Positions 20,601 through 30,445 of a stretch of 64,000 nucleotides of DNA are shown piece by piece (position 1 is the first letter of the stretch; the number at the start of each line of letters is the position of its first letter). The notes beneath the pieces are model-generated. The model ran no database searches, was not told the DNA's origin, and worked only from the letters and a program-made list of their open reading frames with translations. The DNA is from Sedimentisphaeraceae bacterium JB056 (GTDB lineage Bacteria; Planctomycetota; Phycisphaerae; Sedimentisphaerales; Sedimentisphaeraceae), in contig JBITAJ010000003.1 in assembly GCA_044440125.1 (NCBI GenBank), positions 96,001 through 160,000 on the forward strand, written 5' to 3'. A program made the translations under genes and the position numbers.

Positions 20601-20698
20601 TTTTGGAAATTGGCTGATTTTGAGATATTTGCCTGTGCAGAAAATCCGAAGACTATAAGCAGCAACCAAATAGAAAATAACTGTATTCTATATTTCAT
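17660..20698 (-). CDS. Heparinase II/III (PL12-like) lyase fused to a GxDLY/SGNH esterase-like domain
   Basis: EWIWQLHR, WRPLEVG.R, GNHALFE, ELSPSYH, FHAQPDNG, MPDSG; C-terminal VRFKTDS..GIDLY, YGTSITQ, NLGFSG, DGVHL. Start ATG 20698 or TTG 20713. Confidence 0.88.
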   Translation of the reverse strand: MKYRIQLFSIWLLLIVFGFSAQANISKSANFQNEYKIVFDLLDLTQPELKEVKQAYEKEDYDLAAQELLRYYRSRSTVKGIVDKSDKQQALGKPLGETDTQWASNALERKLVGQKSYPAYFLGKDIDWLKNPVSDKEWIWQLHRMYWWPSMGKAYWSSGDEKYAAEWVFQLLDWIEDNPCVEDEKIAWRPLEVGSRLRSWANIFQYFVSSPEFTPKVLMQFLKSYHEQAEYVTKNYSAIGNHALFEAQGVIYAGVCFYEFKDAPSWRESAIGLFNKEIKLQAFDDGMHFELSPSYHSGAINTFLNAFTIAGSNGYTGEFPESYSDTIEKMIVANYVFSLPDFTVAQFGDAWKGGQDKLSNYFRKWADAYDRDDFLYFATKGSEGKAPQQTSIALKNGGFYTMRNGWGQNATAMILKCGPEGYFHAQPDNGSFELYAKGRHFMPDSGCFIYSGNDKERNWFRRTASHQTLTLNNENIACKPNLLLWNTSDELDVLVIENQSYKDLKHRRAVFFNKDFFVIVDDAIGKAEGDLRLHYAFEPCKAVFEDLAARTDFEQGANLLVAGLPQGGLTLEQEDGWVSYEYGKKTARPAFAYSIHKSTQDAVRFVTVVLPYETLEVPQVSIESLSEAGGKHAEVSIAIDSEEYVFTYDLENQKADVDKKSALKWIDVSKDKSVEVNGLAWFEYNDGAFVRLPLDEEANITHKAWVQSLCPSTARVRFKTDSTSMRLKINHGQSNPDSLDMYHMSSVGVSGIDLYIGGVKDPDFWKVTRPQKANGVYEHVYFENLPKKIRQYTLYLPTYIPLKSLEIGLDVDCEVLKPDKYLIEKPIVVYGTSITQSGCSSRGSNGYVAQIGRRLGADVVNLGFSGSGCSEPEVAKLIAEIDASVYIFDQVANMTPELMDNRYEKFVSIVRDKRPETPIILMTKPHYAREIEPYGSWMTADFYKRQHNALHKTYKNLKDEGDKNVYIFDAGDIIKAGGDHPSVDGVHLTDRGYYMIADKLAPFIQSILDTDK

Positions 20699-20799
20699 TA
20701 GATAACTTTTCAAAAAAACTTTTTTAGATTAAACCTTTTGGGCTTACAACATGTAATTCATCCAACTCCTGCAGACGACAATTAGCCCAATATTGTTGA

Positions 20800-22380
20800 T
20801 TAAATTAAATTTCCAAAAGGATGATCTCCCAATTTCATCAGTTTCTCTAACATTATTTTCTTCATCTGAGCCAAAACCTTTTCATATTGAGGGTCATTGG
20901 CCAAATTTGTTGTTTCATTTTTATCGTTTTCCATATCATACAGTTGATCTTCATCCCAAAAATCCGGATGTTTGAGTAACGAATTATGCTGATGAGGACG
21001 CATTTTTTCATAATGATACAGATGCTGGCTATTTTTTTTCTTGCCAATAGCATCCCTGCTATACCGCAGTGCTATGTATTTCCAGCGTTTTGTGCATACG
21101 GCACGAGTCCAGCCAATCTCAAAATATAGACTATTATGTATCGTCTCGTGCTTTCCAAGTAATAACGGCATCAGACTTTTCCCATCCAATCCCATCTCTT
21201 CCGGTTTTTTTATATTACAGGCATCCATGATTGTTGGCATAAAATCAATATTCTGCACAAGCTCATTGCTTACCTGATGCTGTTTAATCTTGTCTGGATA
21301 TGAAATTATCAGAGGAACGTTTATTCCACCCTCGTAAAGTGTCACTTTATCTAAAGTCTGATTATCACTGCTGAGAATAATCAGCGTATTCTTATCCAAT
21401 TCCAGCTCTTCAAGTTTATTTACAACTGCCCCAATTCCTTCATCCAACCATGTCAAGTATGCTGTCTCCACCGGATAGCCTTTCGATTTAACCTTCTCCA
21501 AGATTTCTTGACGCGAGGGCATTACATCAGGTTCCTTGTCAAGATATCCTGCAGACGTGATTTTGGGGTCTGCTTTCAATAATGATTGCTGAGGATGAGG
21601 GATATGATTCAAAGTTGGAGCCATATATAAGAAAAACGGCTCATTTTTGTTTTGCTCTATAAATTCTACAGCCCCCTCAACAATCCATTCGTGGTTGTGT
21701 ATGTTCATTGAATGCAGATTGAAACTCTCTGGATTTGTAGCGTAAATTCTATCGGCATAATCAAATCCAAATTTCTTTATTTCATCCTGCCAAAATTGAT
21801 GATTTTCTTTAAGAGCAGCAGAGAATTCTGGAGACTTAACGTCCGGTTGGTTATCAGATCCGCTCCACCCATCAAGCCAATCATCAGAACGAATAACGGG
21901 ACAGCCAGCCTTTTGACTTGCCGAAATATCACTCAAATGCCATTTCCCAACCATTCCAGTTGAATACCCGGCCTCTTTCATTACCGAGGCTAAATTATAA
22001 CGGTCGTATTCCAAAAGCGTATTAAATCCAACTTCTGTCTGGATACCCTTTGGAAACTGGTCTAAAAAAGTTGGATGACTACATCGACTTGGATATTTGC
22101 CGGTAAGACAGCTATAGCGGCTTGGAGTGCATATTGAAGTTGAAGCATATCCTCTCGTAAAGCGGATCCCCTGCTTTGCAAGCTTATCCTGATTCGGAGT
22201 GTAAGCCTTAGCACCATAACAAGCAATATCTTTAAAGTTTTGGTCATCATTATAGATTATAATGACGTTTGGCTTTCGCGCAGACTCATTAGATATTGTT
22301 GGTGTTATCGGCAAATTCTCAGCAAAGGCTAATCCTGTCGAAATACCAAAGCTTAATTTCAAAAAAAATCTTCTATCCAT
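20800..22380 (-). CDS. Formylglycine-dependent sulfatase (S1), Tat-exported
   Basis: MDRRFFLK twin-arginine leader; PNVIIIYNDD; CTPSR; GKWH; SDN. Confidence 0.95.
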   Translation of the reverse strand: MDRRFFLKLSFGISTGLAFAENLPITPTISNESARKPNVIIIYNDDQNFKDIACYGAKAYTPNQDKLAKQGIRFTRGYASTSICTPSRYSCLTGKYPSRCSHPTFLDQFPKGIQTEVGFNTLLEYDRYNLASVMKEAGYSTGMVGKWHLSDISASQKAGCPVIRSDDWLDGWSGSDNQPDVKSPEFSAALKENHQFWQDEIKKFGFDYADRIYATNPESFNLHSMNIHNHEWIVEGAVEFIEQNKNEPFFLYMAPTLNHIPHPQQSLLKADPKITSAGYLDKEPDVMPSRQEILEKVKSKGYPVETAYLTWLDEGIGAVVNKLEELELDKNTLIILSSDNQTLDKVTLYEGGINVPLIISYPDKIKQHQVSNELVQNIDFMPTIMDACNIKKPEEMGLDGKSLMPLLLGKHETIHNSLYFEIGWTRAVCTKRWKYIALRYSRDAIGKKKNSQHLYHYEKMRPHQHNSLLKHPDFWDEDQLYDMENDKNETTNLANDPQYEKVLAQMKKIMLEKLMKLGDHPFGNLI

Positions 22381-22457
22381 TTAGATTTCTCACGAATTGG
22401 GATTATACTTTACAAGCATAAATGATTATAATGCAGCTTCAGCGGAATATAGTTATT

Positions 22458-23918
22458 CTAATACTTTTTCGTAATTCCATCAACGAAATCCTGGGTAGTT
22501 GCCAGTTTCCATGTCCTTCCGTCTTCGCTCATAATAACCACAGGATCATGGGCATACAATTTTTTATCAGGATCTGGATTACCCGGCCATTTATCTTTAT
22601 ACTCCTGCTTTTCTTCATCGCTAAGCCATGCTGCATAGTAAAAATAAGACAGGAAAAGCCTTCCCTTTTTATCAACCGTTAAATTATGGTAATAAATATT
22701 GTAACCCAATCTGTCAGGCTCCATTATCCTGCCCATATCCTGCCAGTCTTTGCCTTTTTCCTTACGCAAATGATGAAGAGCATATTTAAGGGGTACTTGA
22801 CCTCCGTTGAGTCTTGACACAAGATGAATTGTATCATCCTTATCGGTTACAAGTGCCGGATATGTCCCACCATACATAGATTTTATATCTTCAGTTTTGG
22901 CCCAGGTTTTACCGTTATCAGTGGAATAGGTATATTTTAACGCTCTGCCGTGCGAACCAAGCACAACATGCAGAGTACCTTCACTGTCAACCGTTATAGC
23001 CGGTCCGTTATGTGAATCAGGTGTAAGATTAGGTGAGGTCGTAAAGCCAAGATATACCGGTTCTGAAAAGGTTCTGGTCTTATGATCGTAACAGGTATAG
23101 TTCTGTTTTGTACCAAATTCTCTTGGTGTAATTTCACTTAGGTCAATATACACTATATGTGTTTTATCGCCAATAGTAATAAATGCATTGCCCGCCCCTG
23201 AATGCTGAGGAACATACGTCGATTCTTTAACATTAACATCAATATCCAGAGACTTTGACACAGAAAGATTGCGTGAATGTTTATTTATAAACGCGATTTC
23301 TGCTCTTGGTGCGACGAATCCCATAACAGGAGTGGTTTCGATCGGATTGAAACTGTCATATTGCTCAAGAATAGCATTGTCTTTTATCTTACATATTGAA
23401 AATGTCTCAAGCTTATCCCCTGAATAGAAAAGGTAAGAAGAAGACGGGTTTTGTGATTTTGCAATAAAATACATTCCTCCTTCATCATCAAAACAGATCT
23501 TCTCACTCAGATGTGTTCCACTGTAGAATTGGGTTTTCTCAAGATCAGGAAATTTAGACTTAAGCAGATTATTCAAATCACACACAACCCATTTACCTTC
23601 ATCATTCAGCGTTTGTACATAAACATCCGCCCAATCATGCGTAGCATAATAGTCATCAAAAACGCCCGTTATCATATAAGGATGATTATCATTATCAAAG
23701 GTAACCGCAGCAGGGATATATCGTGGATTATATCCATACAATTCTCTCTCTCGTATTGTAATACCTTTATAATGGATCGGGGCTTTCCCCGGTACAATTG
23801 TTACTTCTTTTGATAATTCTTTTTGGCCATAGTCCCATTTTGATTGTTCAAAAAAGTCAGCCAAAGCAATCTGGAAAGTTAAAATCAAAGCGAGGGTCGT
23901 CAGCAACATTCTATTCAT
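22458..23918 (-). CDS. BNR_4-type beta-propeller enzyme, untethered twin
   Basis: DSHNGP..LHVVLGSHG; Asp boxes STDNGKTW and SEDGRTW; signal peptide; start ATG 23918 after GGAGA. Confidence 0.78.
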   Translation of the reverse strand: MNRMLLTTLALILTFQIALADFFEQSKWDYGQKELSKEVTIVPGKAPIHYKGITIRERELYGYNPRYIPAAVTFDNDNHPYMITGVFDDYYATHDWADVYVQTLNDEGKWVVCDLNNLLKSKFPDLEKTQFYSGTHLSEKICFDDEGGMYFIAKSQNPSSSYLFYSGDKLETFSICKIKDNAILEQYDSFNPIETTPVMGFVAPRAEIAFINKHSRNLSVSKSLDIDVNVKESTYVPQHSGAGNAFITIGDKTHIVYIDLSEITPREFGTKQNYTCYDHKTRTFSEPVYLGFTTSPNLTPDSHNGPAITVDSEGTLHVVLGSHGRALKYTYSTDNGKTWAKTEDIKSMYGGTYPALVTDKDDTIHLVSRLNGGQVPLKYALHHLRKEKGKDWQDMGRIMEPDRLGYNIYYHNLTVDKKGRLFLSYFYYAAWLSDEEKQEYKDKWPGNPDPDKKLYAHDPVVIMSEDGRTWKLATTQDFVDGITKKY

Positions 23919-23938
23919 CACTATCTCCAATTACCTAT

Positions 23939-23982
23939 AAAAAAAGACTCGGCTACAATACAATTATAGCCGGAGTCTTTTT
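23939..23982. terminator. Intra-operon hairpin or terminator after the last dockerin gene of module 2
   Basis: AAAAAGACTCGGCTA-caatacaatta-TAGCCGGAGTCTTTTT. Confidence 0.8.
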
Positions 23983-23997
23983 ATTAAATAAATCAAG

Positions 23998-26265
23998 TTA
24001 CTCAGTTACAAGCCAGTTCTGCAAAAAGTCAACAAGATCTGCAGAGTTTACAATACCGTTACTATCCATATCGCCACTAAGCGTTAATGGCAATAAAACT
24101 GTTGCTGGAGTCGCAGTCTTATTTGCAAGGCTTATTATCTTACTCTGGTCAAGAGCACCTTTGAAAACAGCTACCTCATCAAGTAAACCTGTGAAATGTT
24201 CTGTACCACCAGCTCTATTTGCGAGACCAAATCTAAATACCACAGGATTATAGTCCGCAGAAGCAGAACCTTTCAATTCTCCGTTTATATAGCAAGACAA
24301 TGTACCTGTGTATACGCCATTAACGGCATCGCCATCAGCCTGGAATACAAGAGATATATGAGCCCAGCTTCCTAATGCAGCAACACCTGTATTGAATCCG
24401 CCACCACTGCCGCCATATGTAGCGACACGATATGTGCCATTATCAATATAGATACAGAAACCGCCATCATTCGAAGAAGGTCTACTGACAGAAACAAAGG
24501 TGTCTGTCAGAGTAGGTTTTGCCCACATCGAAATTGTAAATGAGCCATCAGGATATATAGATGGATTTGAGTCAGATATTCTCAGATCGAAACCATCATC
24601 AATACCATTGAATACGGCAGCACCATCAACAGCACCATTGGCAGTATAATCCGGCAATTGTGCATAGTTATTCTGAAGATTATTACCATTTCCACTGTAA
24701 TCGGCAGCTAAAGCACTTGAATTGTCAAAACTGTAATAAGCTGTCAAAGAGGTGATATTATTTACGAAATCAGCAGTAGTAGCCAAATGCCAGCTCGCAC
24801 CGCCATCATTACTTGTCAGCAATGAACGGTCGTGGGAATATATCGCAGTTGCAGGGTCTTCCGCAGGCCATTTAGCTTCGTGTTCTGTTATTTCTTCAGA
24901 AGTAAAGTCCAGAATTAAATAGCTGTAGCTTAGATAAAGGTTGCCCAAGCGGTCAGTAGTCAGCTTATGATAATAAACACTGTAGCCAATCTTGTATGGC
25001 TCAACAAGACATCCAACATCTTCCCAAGGCTGTCCCAATTCCTTTTTAGCATACCACAAACGATACTTGTATTCATCGTTTATTGAAGAGTTCTTCCTGT
25101 AAACCATATGAATGGTATCATCAGGTGTAGTGCAGATGCTTGGATATGTCGCATCATTGAGTATGTCTGTAGCAGTTGACCACGAATCTCCGTTGTCAGT
25201 AGAATACACATATTTCATTGTTGTGCCGTGAGCACCTAAAACTACATGTAGAGTTCTGTCTTTACTCACTGTTATTACAGGACCATTATGAGTATCAGGT
25301 GAGCCTTCGTTGGGAAGTCCTACCGTTGAGCCTAAGAATACAGGTGTCGAAAATTCGTTTGTCAGCTTATTATAGCGAACATAATACTGGGCAGTCTCAT
25401 CTACTCCTATAAGATTATCGAGATCAAGATAAACAATATGAACATAGTTACCAAGTGTTACTGCAGCATTTACTGTTCCAGTCTGCATCGGAGCAGGTTG
25501 AATTCTGTCACCAATCAATATGCCAGCTGAATTTGCCGAAAGGCTTCCACCTGCATTTGTAACCGGATAGAGTTTCATTTGACTGCTGCTGTTGCCGATT
25601 AATGAAGGCACATCAAAGTCGCTCGTAAATGTATCTGGTACTTCAAAGAAATATGAGCCGTTGTAAAGCTGCGTATAACTCCAGTTTTCAAGATCATTGA
25701 CGCTTCCGCCCCAAACCCTTCTGATAAAAGAAGCAGCGGTTGTGTTAAGCATAGGCTGTTCTACTGCTGTAAAATAAATATAACCATTGCTGTCAAAAGC
25801 CACTCTGTTTACATTTGAAAAATCACCTGTATAAAAATTGAAGTCTGTATAAGCTTCATTTCCAGGTATAGCAGCCGATATTTCTTTAAAATCGATGACT
25901 ACCCATTGACCGTTATCATCAATTGTCTGGATATAACAATCATCAAAGAACTCATATTTAGGAATCCTGAAAGTATTATCAGCAGGAACTTCACCTGTTT
26001 CTTTACCAACATAGATATAGGGTCTGTTGTTGTAATCAAAAGTTACCATGTTAGGCTTATATCTTGGATAATAGCCATATAATTCTCTTTCGCGTGAAAA
26101 CGTGCTGCCAGAATAAATTAAAGGCGCACTGCCTGGGATTACAGTTGGAGCCGCCGTCCCAACTTCGTCTGAAGTATGCTCCCAAGGGGAGGTATTGACT
26201 ATAGCCGCATTTATTGTTTGTATGCAAACTAAAAATATAACTGCACTTATAATTCTGTTAAACAT
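23998..26265 (-). CDS. BNR_4-type beta-propeller + LamG (module-2 subtype) + dockerin-like tail
   Basis: Colinear with 22458 (RERELYGY.PRY, DTHNGP..LHVVLGAHG, STDNGDSW); LamG FRFGLANRAGG; tail GDMDSNGIVNSADLVDFLQNW. Start ATG 26265 after GGAGA. Confidence 0.82.
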   Translation of the reverse strand: MFNRIISAVIFLVCIQTINAAIVNTSPWEHTSDEVGTAAPTVIPGSAPLIYSGSTFSRERELYGYYPRYKPNMVTFDYNNRPYIYVGKETGEVPADNTFRIPKYEFFDDCYIQTIDDNGQWVVIDFKEISAAIPGNEAYTDFNFYTGDFSNVNRVAFDSNGYIYFTAVEQPMLNTTAASFIRRVWGGSVNDLENWSYTQLYNGSYFFEVPDTFTSDFDVPSLIGNSSSQMKLYPVTNAGGSLSANSAGILIGDRIQPAPMQTGTVNAAVTLGNYVHIVYLDLDNLIGVDETAQYYVRYNKLTNEFSTPVFLGSTVGLPNEGSPDTHNGPVITVSKDRTLHVVLGAHGTTMKYVYSTDNGDSWSTATDILNDATYPSICTTPDDTIHMVYRKNSSINDEYKYRLWYAKKELGQPWEDVGCLVEPYKIGYSVYYHKLTTDRLGNLYLSYSYLILDFTSEEITEHEAKWPAEDPATAIYSHDRSLLTSNDGGASWHLATTADFVNNITSLTAYYSFDNSSALAADYSGNGNNLQNNYAQLPDYTANGAVDGAAVFNGIDDGFDLRISDSNPSIYPDGSFTISMWAKPTLTDTFVSVSRPSSNDGGFCIYIDNGTYRVATYGGSGGGFNTGVAALGSWAHISLVFQADGDAVNGVYTGTLSCYINGELKGSASADYNPVVFRFGLANRAGGTEHFTGLLDEVAVFKGALDQSKIISLANKTATPATVLLPLTLSGDMDSNGIVNSADLVDFLQNWLVTE

Positions 26266-26300
26266 CAGTATTTCTCCGAATAAAATTTTATTTTGAATAA

Positions 26301-27068
26301 TCAACGAATAGACGGTTTGATTTCAGTTATAGAACCACCGGAAAGAAAATCTTCGACCAAAAAGTCGTATTCGGCAAATTCTAAATGTCCATCAGCGCAG
26401 AGATAATGACTGCCGCCCCGATGCCTGTCGCTATAATAATATTTTCCCGGCACGGTTGATAGACCACCCCATGCATATATATAGGGAACATCCCATCTGT
26501 TTTCGCCAAGAATTGCAGAAGTCGAAGCATTCTTGATCATTGAAGATCTTCTCGGCTTCCACCAGTTGCCTTGATAACTGCTGTCATACCTATAACCGGC
26601 ACTACGCCAATTCCAGCCAAAAGCCAGAGATTTCACTCCATTTGTATCTTTAGCACTAAGAGAAGGACAGCTTAATATTTTGGGAGCCTCATAACCTCTC
26701 TCACTTGCCTGTTTGGCATCACCGGCAACAGATCGATCCAGATAATCTGCATATGATGAATCATAATCAAGATATGAAGCAATATCTACATACCAATACC
26801 CTTTATGAGGATATTTCCCTTCATAAGAACTGCCGCTGAATCGCCCTCCATCATACATAGGCAACCAGTCATCATTATCTATCCCAAATTGGGCACAAGC
26901 CATTCCGATAGAACGGGAATTAGAACCGCACAACGTCTTCTTAGCCTGATCTCTGGCTACAGATAATGCCGGCATCATAATCGACATCAGTATTGCGATT
27001 ATAGAGATAACCACCAGGAGCTCTATCAAAGTAAAGGCGTTTCTTTTTTTGTTACTTTTCAAATCCAT
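26301..27068 (-). CDS. Prepilin-type/H-X9-DG protein (DUF1559-like), module 2
   Basis: NAFTLIELLVVISII; LSCPS; RHRGGSHYLCADGH. Confidence 0.93.
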   Translation of the reverse strand: MDLKSNKKRNAFTLIELLVVISIIAILMSIMMPALSVARDQAKKTLCGSNSRSIGMACAQFGIDNDDWLPMYDGGRFSGSSYEGKYPHKGYWYVDIASYLDYDSSYADYLDRSVAGDAKQASERGYEAPKILSCPSLSAKDTNGVKSLAFGWNWRSAGYRYDSSYQGNWWKPRRSSMIKNASTSAILGENRWDVPYIYAWGGLSTVPGKYYYSDRHRGGSHYLCADGHLEFAEYDFLVEDFLSGGSITEIKPSIR

Positions 27069-27096
27069 TTTAATTTATCCTGATAAATCAATCGTA

Positions 27097-28623
27097 TTAT
27101 TTATTGCTTAATAACCAATTAGCGGCTATCTCAACAAAATCTACAAGATCAACAATACCATCATCATTAAAATCGCCCGGAATCGTACTGATAGAAGGTA
27201 TACTCATAGAATCATATTCTTTACTTGCTAATCCGGCGATCTGGTCTGCATTGAGTACTGTTTGCCAGATAGTGAATTCATCAATCATTCCATTGAAGTG
27301 GTTCGATCCACCTGCCCTGTTTGCCAAACCAAACCTAAATACATAAGGTGCGTAATTAGCGGCAACAGAATTGATAAATACACCATCAACATAGCCAGAT
27401 AGGGTACCTGTATAATTACCATCAACGGCATCACCATCAGCTTCAAAAACCAAAACCACATGTGCCCACTGCCCAACGGTAGCGGTTACTCCAGTATTCA
27501 AACTTGCATTTGAACTTCCATAGGTACCCATACGATATGTACCGCCATCAACATAAATAACAAATCCACCTGTAATGCCTGAAGGCATTGTTATTACTGA
27601 GAAGCCATCAACAACAGACGGGTTAACCCATGCAGCAGCGGTAAATGAACCATCAGGATATATAGGTGGATTTGAATCTGAATACTTAAGATCAAATCCC
27701 TGATCGACACCGTTAAATACAGCCGCTCCACCAACAGCACCATTATCTGTATGAGAAGGCAAGCTGGCGTAATTATTCTGAAGATTGTTTTCATTGCCCG
27801 AACTGTCTAACTGCAGACCGTAAGTCGGCTCATTAGGATCGTCAAAGCTGTAGTAAGCTACCGGTACAAGGCTTGGATCAGGAGCAGTGTAACCTAATAC
27901 ATCAAGAATTGTTGTGCTTAGAGTTGCCAATCCCGTAATTTGCTCTGTTGTGAGGTTGCCGCCAAAAATAGCGACTTCATCCAATGTACCTGCAAAATGA
28001 CTTAATCCGCCGGCTCTATTTCCAAGACCAAATCTAAATATGTCAGGTTTGTAATTAGCTGCAGCGGAATTTGCATATACTCCATTAATGTAGCAAGTCA
28101 AGGTTCCTGTGTATTCACCCGCTACCGCATCACCATCGGCCTCAAACTGCATAACTAAATGAGCCCACTGACCAACTGTCGCAGTTACGCCTGTATTAAA
28201 ACTTGTAATAGAACTGCCATAAGAAGCTACTCTATAGGTACCGGCATCAATATAGACACAAAAACCACCTGCTGTTGAGGAAGGCATAGATATTGCAGAA
28301 AAACCATCTGCATTAGAAGGCTTTATCCACATAGATACTGCGTATGAACCATCAGGATAGATCAAAGGATTTGAATCTGAAGTCTTTAGATCAAAACCAT
28401 CATCAACACCATTAAAAACAGCTGCACCACCAGCCATACCCGAAGCAGTGTAGTCAGGCAACTCAGCATACCCGTTCTGCAAATCATTACCATTTCCAGA
28501 GTCATCCGCATTCAATAGTGTAGAACTGTCAAAACTGTAGTACGCCACAAGTTCAGTTGCTGAAACTTGTGAAATAAATGCTGCAATGACTAAAGTAACT
28601 AATAAAACTTTAATCGCTCTCAT
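27097..28623 (-). CDS. Non-catalytic secreted 2xLamG protein with dockerin-like tail
   Basis: Two internal repeats AYYSFD...IYPDGS...FRFGL.NRAGG..HF; tail GDFNDDGIVDLVDFVEIAANW. Confidence 0.86.
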   Translation of the reverse strand: MRAIKVLLVTLVIAAFISQVSATELVAYYSFDSSTLLNADDSGNGNDLQNGYAELPDYTASGMAGGAAVFNGVDDGFDLKTSDSNPLIYPDGSYAVSMWIKPSNADGFSAISMPSSTAGGFCVYIDAGTYRVASYGSSITSFNTGVTATVGQWAHLVMQFEADGDAVAGEYTGTLTCYINGVYANSAAANYKPDIFRFGLGNRAGGLSHFAGTLDEVAIFGGNLTTEQITGLATLSTTILDVLGYTAPDPSLVPVAYYSFDDPNEPTYGLQLDSSGNENNLQNNYASLPSHTDNGAVGGAAVFNGVDQGFDLKYSDSNPPIYPDGSFTAAAWVNPSVVDGFSVITMPSGITGGFVIYVDGGTYRMGTYGSSNASLNTGVTATVGQWAHVVLVFEADGDAVDGNYTGTLSGYVDGVFINSVAANYAPYVFRFGLANRAGGSNHFNGMIDEFTIWQTVLNADQIAGLASKEYDSMSIPSISTIPGDFNDDGIVDLVDFVEIAANWLLSNK

Positions 28624-28684
28624 TTGCTTTCCTTCCAATACATAAAACCAATAATAAAAACAGTAAATTAATACAATTATCCGA

Positions 28685-29767
28685 TTACATACTTCTTATA
28701 ATTTCAGGTTCAAGTTTAAGAACCACTCTTCTTGCGTTAGGATTATCAATCCTCCACATTAAATGCCTAATTGCTAAACGTCCGATTTCCTCGGTACACA
28801 AATCTATTTCGACCGGCCTTGGACTGATACCTGCGGCAATCTCGGTTTCACTGCAGGTTATAATCTGAACATCCTTACCGATATCTAAACCTTTAGCTGC
28901 TAAGAAATTATGCACAACGCTCGTCAACATTTCCGAGGCAAGGAAAATAATCAAAGGCAACTGTGAATTATCAACAATATCATCGACCCATCTCTTGACA
29001 AGATCATAATCAAGATGCTGTTCAAACTCTCCCAATATCAAAGCATCATAGCCTTCAATACTCGTTGCGGTATATCCATTCGATTTAATATATCCATTAA
29101 AGACATTATACCTCTCTGATCCTACAATTGGATCAACATTTATATTTGCGTAACTATTGAATCCAGCTTCAATCGCATATTTTGCGGCTATAGTACCGAT
29201 AGAAATATTATTGTAAGTGAAATGATCTCCCCATCTTTTATCCGGCCCCATAACCCATACTGCAGGTTTGCGACCGACGAATTGCTTCAAATTAGGAGTT
29301 CTGTCGTCACCAAGCATCAGAAAACCATCGGAATTGCTGCATATATCATTTTCCTCTATCTCTGCCGAATCCCGTAAAAATGACATAAAAAAGTTGCATC
29401 CTGCAATGTCAGCCTCTTTTTCCATGCCATATATTAAACGGCTGTAAGCTGAAGAAGACGCAATATGACGCTTAATACCGCAAAACAATAGAGAAAGAGT
29501 CAAGCCCTCTTTAGTTATCTCATCAGAATAATCAAATGAACTGTTTACATACACACCAGCTCCACGTCGACTATATAATAAGCCCTGCTTGCAAAGTATG
29601 TCAATTGCCTTACGAATAGTGATATATGAAGTGTCATATTTAACTGCAAGCTCACGTAATGGCTGCAAACGAGCTCCTTTTTCAAGCTTAAGCTCTTTAA
29701 TATCTAATTCAATCTTTTTTGCTACCGCCTCTATAGATAAGCCTTTATTTTCAGCAACTATCGCCAT
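28685..29767 (-). CDS. GntR wHTH + LacI-type sugar-binding regulator (module 2)
   Basis: LQPLRELA..YDTSYITIRKAI..L...GLL.SRRGAGVYV; periplasmic-binding-like C-terminal domain. Confidence 0.9.
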   Translation of the reverse strand: MAIVAENKGLSIEAVAKKIELDIKELKLEKGARLQPLRELAVKYDTSYITIRKAIDILCKQGLLYSRRGAGVYVNSSFDYSDEITKEGLTLSLLFCGIKRHIASSSAYSRLIYGMEKEADIAGCNFFMSFLRDSAEIEENDICSNSDGFLMLGDDRTPNLKQFVGRKPAVWVMGPDKRWGDHFTYNNISIGTIAAKYAIEAGFNSYANINVDPIVGSERYNVFNGYIKSNGYTATSIEGYDALILGEFEQHLDYDLVKRWVDDIVDNSQLPLIIFLASEMLTSVVHNFLAAKGLDIGKDVQIITCSETEIAAGISPRPVEIDLCTEEIGRLAIRHLMWRIDNPNARRVVLKLEPEIIRSM

Positions 29768-29961
29768 TTAAGCACTCTCAATTCTATTTACTTATTACTA
29801 ATAAGATTCAATCCGAACTAATCACCAACTAATTTAACTTAATACACAAAACTCCGCAACTTTTTTATATCTTTTTAATATTAGACTGGCGCACTTAACT
29901 TTCATGCTTAAAAACCACTTAATTAAGTATTCGTACTAAACAGGTAGCTGCAAAACATAAC

Positions 29962-30000
29962 AAAAGAGCCTTATAAGCGATTAGCTTACAAGGCTCTAAA
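29962..30000 (-). terminator. Terminator ending the module 3 operon
   Basis: Minus strand AGAGCCTTGTAAGC-TAATC-GCTTATAAGGCTCT then TTT. Confidence 0.7.
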
Positions 30001-30154
30001 AAAGCAAAACCAAAGAACTATAGTAAATATACTAAGATTAAAAACTTAGATTAATATCTTTCTATCTCATTAAACCCAAGTAGAAGGATAAAAACATACA
30101 AATTCACCAATATCCCTATTCTGACAATGCCAGTTAGATACATTTTATAAAAAT

Positions 30155-30445
30155 CTACAGAGGGTCTTGCCCTGACAAACAAGTCTCAACTGCCTGCCGT
30201 TCGGTGTCATTTAAAGCCCTGTTGTATATAATAACCCTTGCGATTTTGCCATCAAACCCACTGCTTCCGGTGACAAGTGCTCCGATAGCCGTCTTTTGAT
30301 GATAAAATGGCTGCGAAGTAACACCATTAACGCTGTTAATCAAAGAACTATCAATATATTCTTTAATATTCTCACCACTGCGAACCGCTGAAAGCAAAAC
30401 CCAATCAGTACTCACCGTTCCACCTGAAGCACTGCGGATAATGCT
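30155..30445 (-). pseudogene. 5'-truncated remnant of a LamG domain
   Basis: Aligns to the last LamG of 38192 (W.LLS.V...QPF..QK..IG...GFDG...R.I.YN.AL...R..VE); no signal peptide or N-terminal half. Confidence 0.7.

Noticed and set aside
20744..20770. Mini-ORF MNYML behind AGGAG, upstream of the heparinase fusion
   Set aside because: Only 5 codons, short RBS spacing, no other support
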